The notes under the pieces: model-generated
What the model was told of the DNA's origin: nothing
The model's input: only the letters and a program-made list of their open reading frames with translations
The model's database searches: none
In this document: piece by piece, positions 61,102 to 64,000 of the stretch
Layout: each line of letters starts with the position of its first letter
Numbering within the stretch: the stretch's first letter is position 1
Position numbers and translations under genes: made by a program
Source: Penicillus capitatus
Lineage: Eukaryota > Plantae > Chlorophyta
Assembly: GCA_965649825.1 (NCBI GenBank)
Contig: OZ287712.1
Coordinates: 124,001 to 188,000, forward strand
DNA: 64,000 bases
Direction of reading: 5' to 3'

Positions 61102-62187
61102 ATGAGTGGTCTGGAGGTGAAGGTGAAGTTTCCCAATGCGACATCGCCAGCAGCTCGCCGTTTCGCCTCGGAACAAGAAACGCAAGAAGCATCGTCACGA
61201 TGGCAGCAGCCGGCACCGACACAACAAGAAGGCCAAGAAGCACCGCCCGGGCAGTTCCCAACAGGACGCGGCTCGACCGTCTTCGCTGAAGATCGAGTCG
61301 CGTCATGCGACGGAATCCGCAACGTCGTCCGAAGCAGCTGCGCCGGCGGCGCCGCCCAGACCGAACTACTCCGATATGTACCGCGCGATCGACCATCCGC
61401 AGAAGCAAGACCTCCAGGGGGCTCTTTCGGGATCCTGTGACCGACGACCTCGTCCCGGGTTACTCTGTTATCGTGAAGAATCCGATGGACTTCACCACGA
61501 TGCGGAAGAGATTCACAGAACGGCAGTATCTGTCGTGGGAACAGCTGCTGGAGGACATGATGCTGATGTTCGACAACTCCATGCTGTACAATCCACCGGA
61601 CACCATCTACTACAAACAATCGAAGACCCTCAAAGAGGTGCGTCTCGATCGCTGATGATCCAGACATGCCGAAGTGCGATGCAGGTTGCGAAGAAGTTGG
61701 TAGAACTGGGTCAGCGGGGAGTGACAAATTTCAGAGGCAAGACGGCTGGGGTGGTGCGCGCACACAACGCCCAGGTTGCCGCAGATGAGCGCGCAGAGAA
61801 GAATGCCATCAAAGCAGCCATTCGGTGTGCCATCCTGTCCCCTACGCGTCTTGTCGCGAGTTCGCCTTTCCCAGGGCCCAAAGGATTCAGATGAAGAACG
61901 ACAAGCTGCTGCAGAAGGCTGCTGCGAGCGGCATTCTGTTGCCTTCCACCGCATCGGCGCCCAGCCTGCGGAACGCATCGAAGTGGAACTTGTCTGCGGC
62001 GGCTCTCAACGTGGATGGACGTCGACCTCTTCTCCCCGAAGAACATACGCGTTCAACGTATGAGTCCACGTTTAAAACCATCCATCGATCGATGTATCCA
62101 TCCCCCACGTTCCGTCAGATAGAGTTTGTCCGTTGGCATCTATGCGAAGGAACAAAAGACAGCGCTCGTTCTCCTCGAAGAAGGTGA
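61102..62187 (+). CDS. Bromodomain protein (BRD7/9-like); apparent 1-nt frameshift at the G5 run near 61407-61411
   Basis: QKQDLQG lies in one frame and LFRDPVTDDLVPGYSVIVKNPMDF...MFDNSMLYN in the next. Confidence 0.8.
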
Positions 62188-63220
62188 AGGGGTCGAAGAA
62201 AGACGCGCCGAGACTGAGAAGGATCTCCAAGCGCCACACCGATCAAAAGCACTCCCAGACACTCACGTCCAGAACACGAACGACTCGTTTCGAACGTAGA
62301 AAACAGAAACGTCGTCGGCCGCCTAGCAGAACGCACCGACAGGTTGCCAAGGCAGCAGCTGCGTCAAATGGATCGTCCGCTGCGTCAGAGGAGGATCTGG
62401 AGATCGGGAATGCGTCAGGCCCATCTTCGTCCTTACCGACCTCGAAACTGATGTCGAAATTCGAGGAGCGTCTACGGGGAGGCCACTTTCGATTTCTGAA
62501 CCAGAGTCTGTATCTATCCTCCGGAAGAGACTCCTGGAAGCGGTTTCAGAACAACGCATCGCTGTTTCGCGAGTACCACCTCGGCTACTTGCAAAGCATG
62601 CAGCATTGGAGTGTTCAGCCAGTCGATGTTGCCGTCCGCTGGCTGCGGAAACAGACGCCGCATCAGAAAGTGGTCGACTACGGCTGCGGTGATGCCAGAA
62701 TCATGAAAACCAATGTTGCACACGTACGCACGACATCTGACGTTCTTGTACAGGCGCCAAGCATCTGCACAGGATGTGACGTCCTTGGATTTGGTCGCCA
62801 CGGATCCCAGAGTGATTGCCTGCGACATGGCGCACTCTCCACTCGGATCCACTTCGCACGATATCGCTATCTTTTCGCTGTCGCTGATGGGAACGGACTA
62901 CCACGAGTGTCTGAGCGATGCAGCACGTGTTCTGAAACTGCAGGGGATTCTGTGGATCGCTGAGGTTCGACCCTCCATTCTCGCGAGGCCATCGAAAACG
63001 GTATCCGCAGGTCTGCAGCCGCTTCGCTGCGACGCCGTCGGGAAAGGAAGACTACCATGCTTTTGTGGATGCCATCGAGAAGCTCGGTTTTGAGCGTGTC
63101 CTGGCAAAGAAGCCTTCTCCACTCTTTGTCGTATTCGTCTTCAAGAAAGTGAAGCACGTGGCTCGCAAGATGCAGATCCAGTGGCCAACACTGAAACCCT
63201 GTCTCTACAAGAAGAGATAA
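62142..63220 (+). CDS. RRP8: Ribosomal RNA-processing protein 8 (25S rRNA adenine methyltransferase)
   Basis: Motifs RLRGGHFRFLNQSLY, YHLGY...W...PVD, VDYGCGDARI, CDMAH, FSLSLMGTDY, LWIAEV and LKPCLYKKR. Confidence 0.95.
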
Positions 63221-63329
63221 TAACCACATCACACGAAGCACAAATTCTCGTTACAAAAATCGAAAGAACGTCGGTCTCTTTTCAAAAGAATTCCTGCCGC
63301 CGCCGATCCAATCGACGGGCGCATCGGAT

Positions 63330-64000
63330 CTAGGCGACGATAAAGGAGTCGACGAGTCCTTGGACATCTGTTTTGATCCCTTTGAACCATCTCTTGTCGC
63401 CACACTGCGCTTTCAGAATGAACAGCTTCCCATTGGACACCGTGGCGGAGAAGAGCTGATGACGACCGCCTTCGTCTCCATCCGCAGATCTGCGAAGCAT
63501 TCCTTCAGACAGCAGAGTAACGCGAAGAGTGAGAAACCTGGTGAGAATGTTATAAGTGTAATAGTTTTTGCCGTTTTTGTCCTTGGTCTGGGAGTTCTCC
63601 AAGAGAGAGGCGCTCTGGACGATACCCGGTTTGAAGCCTCCTTCAGACATTGTCTCCCCTATGCAGGACACCGATATCGCTGCGGTACAGAGCTAAGGCC
63701 ACTGGTGTCCTGCCTGTAAAGACCTGCTGTCCCAGAAGAGGAGAGATCGTCGTTTTCAGGAAGTCCTCTTCGGAGCCGTAGTCTGATATCGATTTCTTAT
63801 CGGTATCACGCGTGATCACCAAGAAATTTGTCACGGCGTCGCCATTGTCTTCGTATCTAAGCACTCTCCGTCGCCTTCACCGGTGGCGGCGCGTTTGGAG
63901 AGGTCCGTACCGAACAACGACTCCGGCAAATTCGCGTTCCCTCGACGGATTCCACCTCGAAGGGATTTTAAGTGCGAATCCCTCGCCAACGTAAGGGATG
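63330..64000 (-). CDS. psbP: Oxygen-evolving enhancer protein 2 (PsbP), 5' part beyond window
   Basis: Motifs [33 protein letters not shown] and [11 protein letters not shown]. Confidence 0.93.

Noticed and set aside
2096-63994. The many antisense or alternative-frame ORFs in the ORF track (e.g. 9426-10931, 32467-33222, 38952-39662)
   Set aside because: They are shadows of real genes on the opposite strand in GC-rich DNA and have no recognisable motifs.
1-64000. CRISPR array, rRNA, tRNA, or prokaryotic operon/defence system
   Set aside because: No regularly spaced direct repeats, cloverleafs or rRNA/snRNA signature motifs were seen, and the genes are intron-containing eukaryotic genes.
1-64000. 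Non-standard genetic code (TAA/TAG = Gln as in some ulvophytes)
   Set aside because: Conserved genes end at TAA or TAG (PEX5, RRP8, PEX11, SDR), and long exons (FPGS 515 aa) contain no in-frame TAA or TAG.

Overview
Eukaryotic nuclear DNA from a very compact photosynthetic green-algal genome. Evidence: plastid-targeted PsbP, HDS/IspG and FtsH, a cycloartenol synthase, the ciliary gene BBS2, the standard genetic code, and spliceosomal introns of about 44-70 nt. A chlorophyte origin is inferred, not proven. About 30 protein genes are packed almost end to end. Three decayed islands interrupt them: 1-2.0 kb and 6.2-8.7 kb (Gypsy and LINE relics plus an inverted duplication), 49.1-51.3 kb (shikimate dehydrogenase relic and two short solo LTRs with exact 5-bp TSDs) and 57.4-59.2 kb (pseudogene fragments). 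The top finding is a duplicated ~300-nt element with a 33-bp helix. In both copies the imperfect pairs are almost all G-U on one strand, 19 nt of the loop are invariant, and one copy ends in a T7 run. It is an unassigned structured ncRNA candidate, and each copy has a LINE 3' end lying tail-to-tail downstream. Other notable signals are at least seven GC-AG introns, a strongly over-represented intronic 8-mer GATGTGAC/GTCACATC, and head-to-head start codons only 44-60 nt apart. No CRISPR array, rRNA or tRNA was recognised. Exon boundaries were traced by eye, and several gene starts are approximate.
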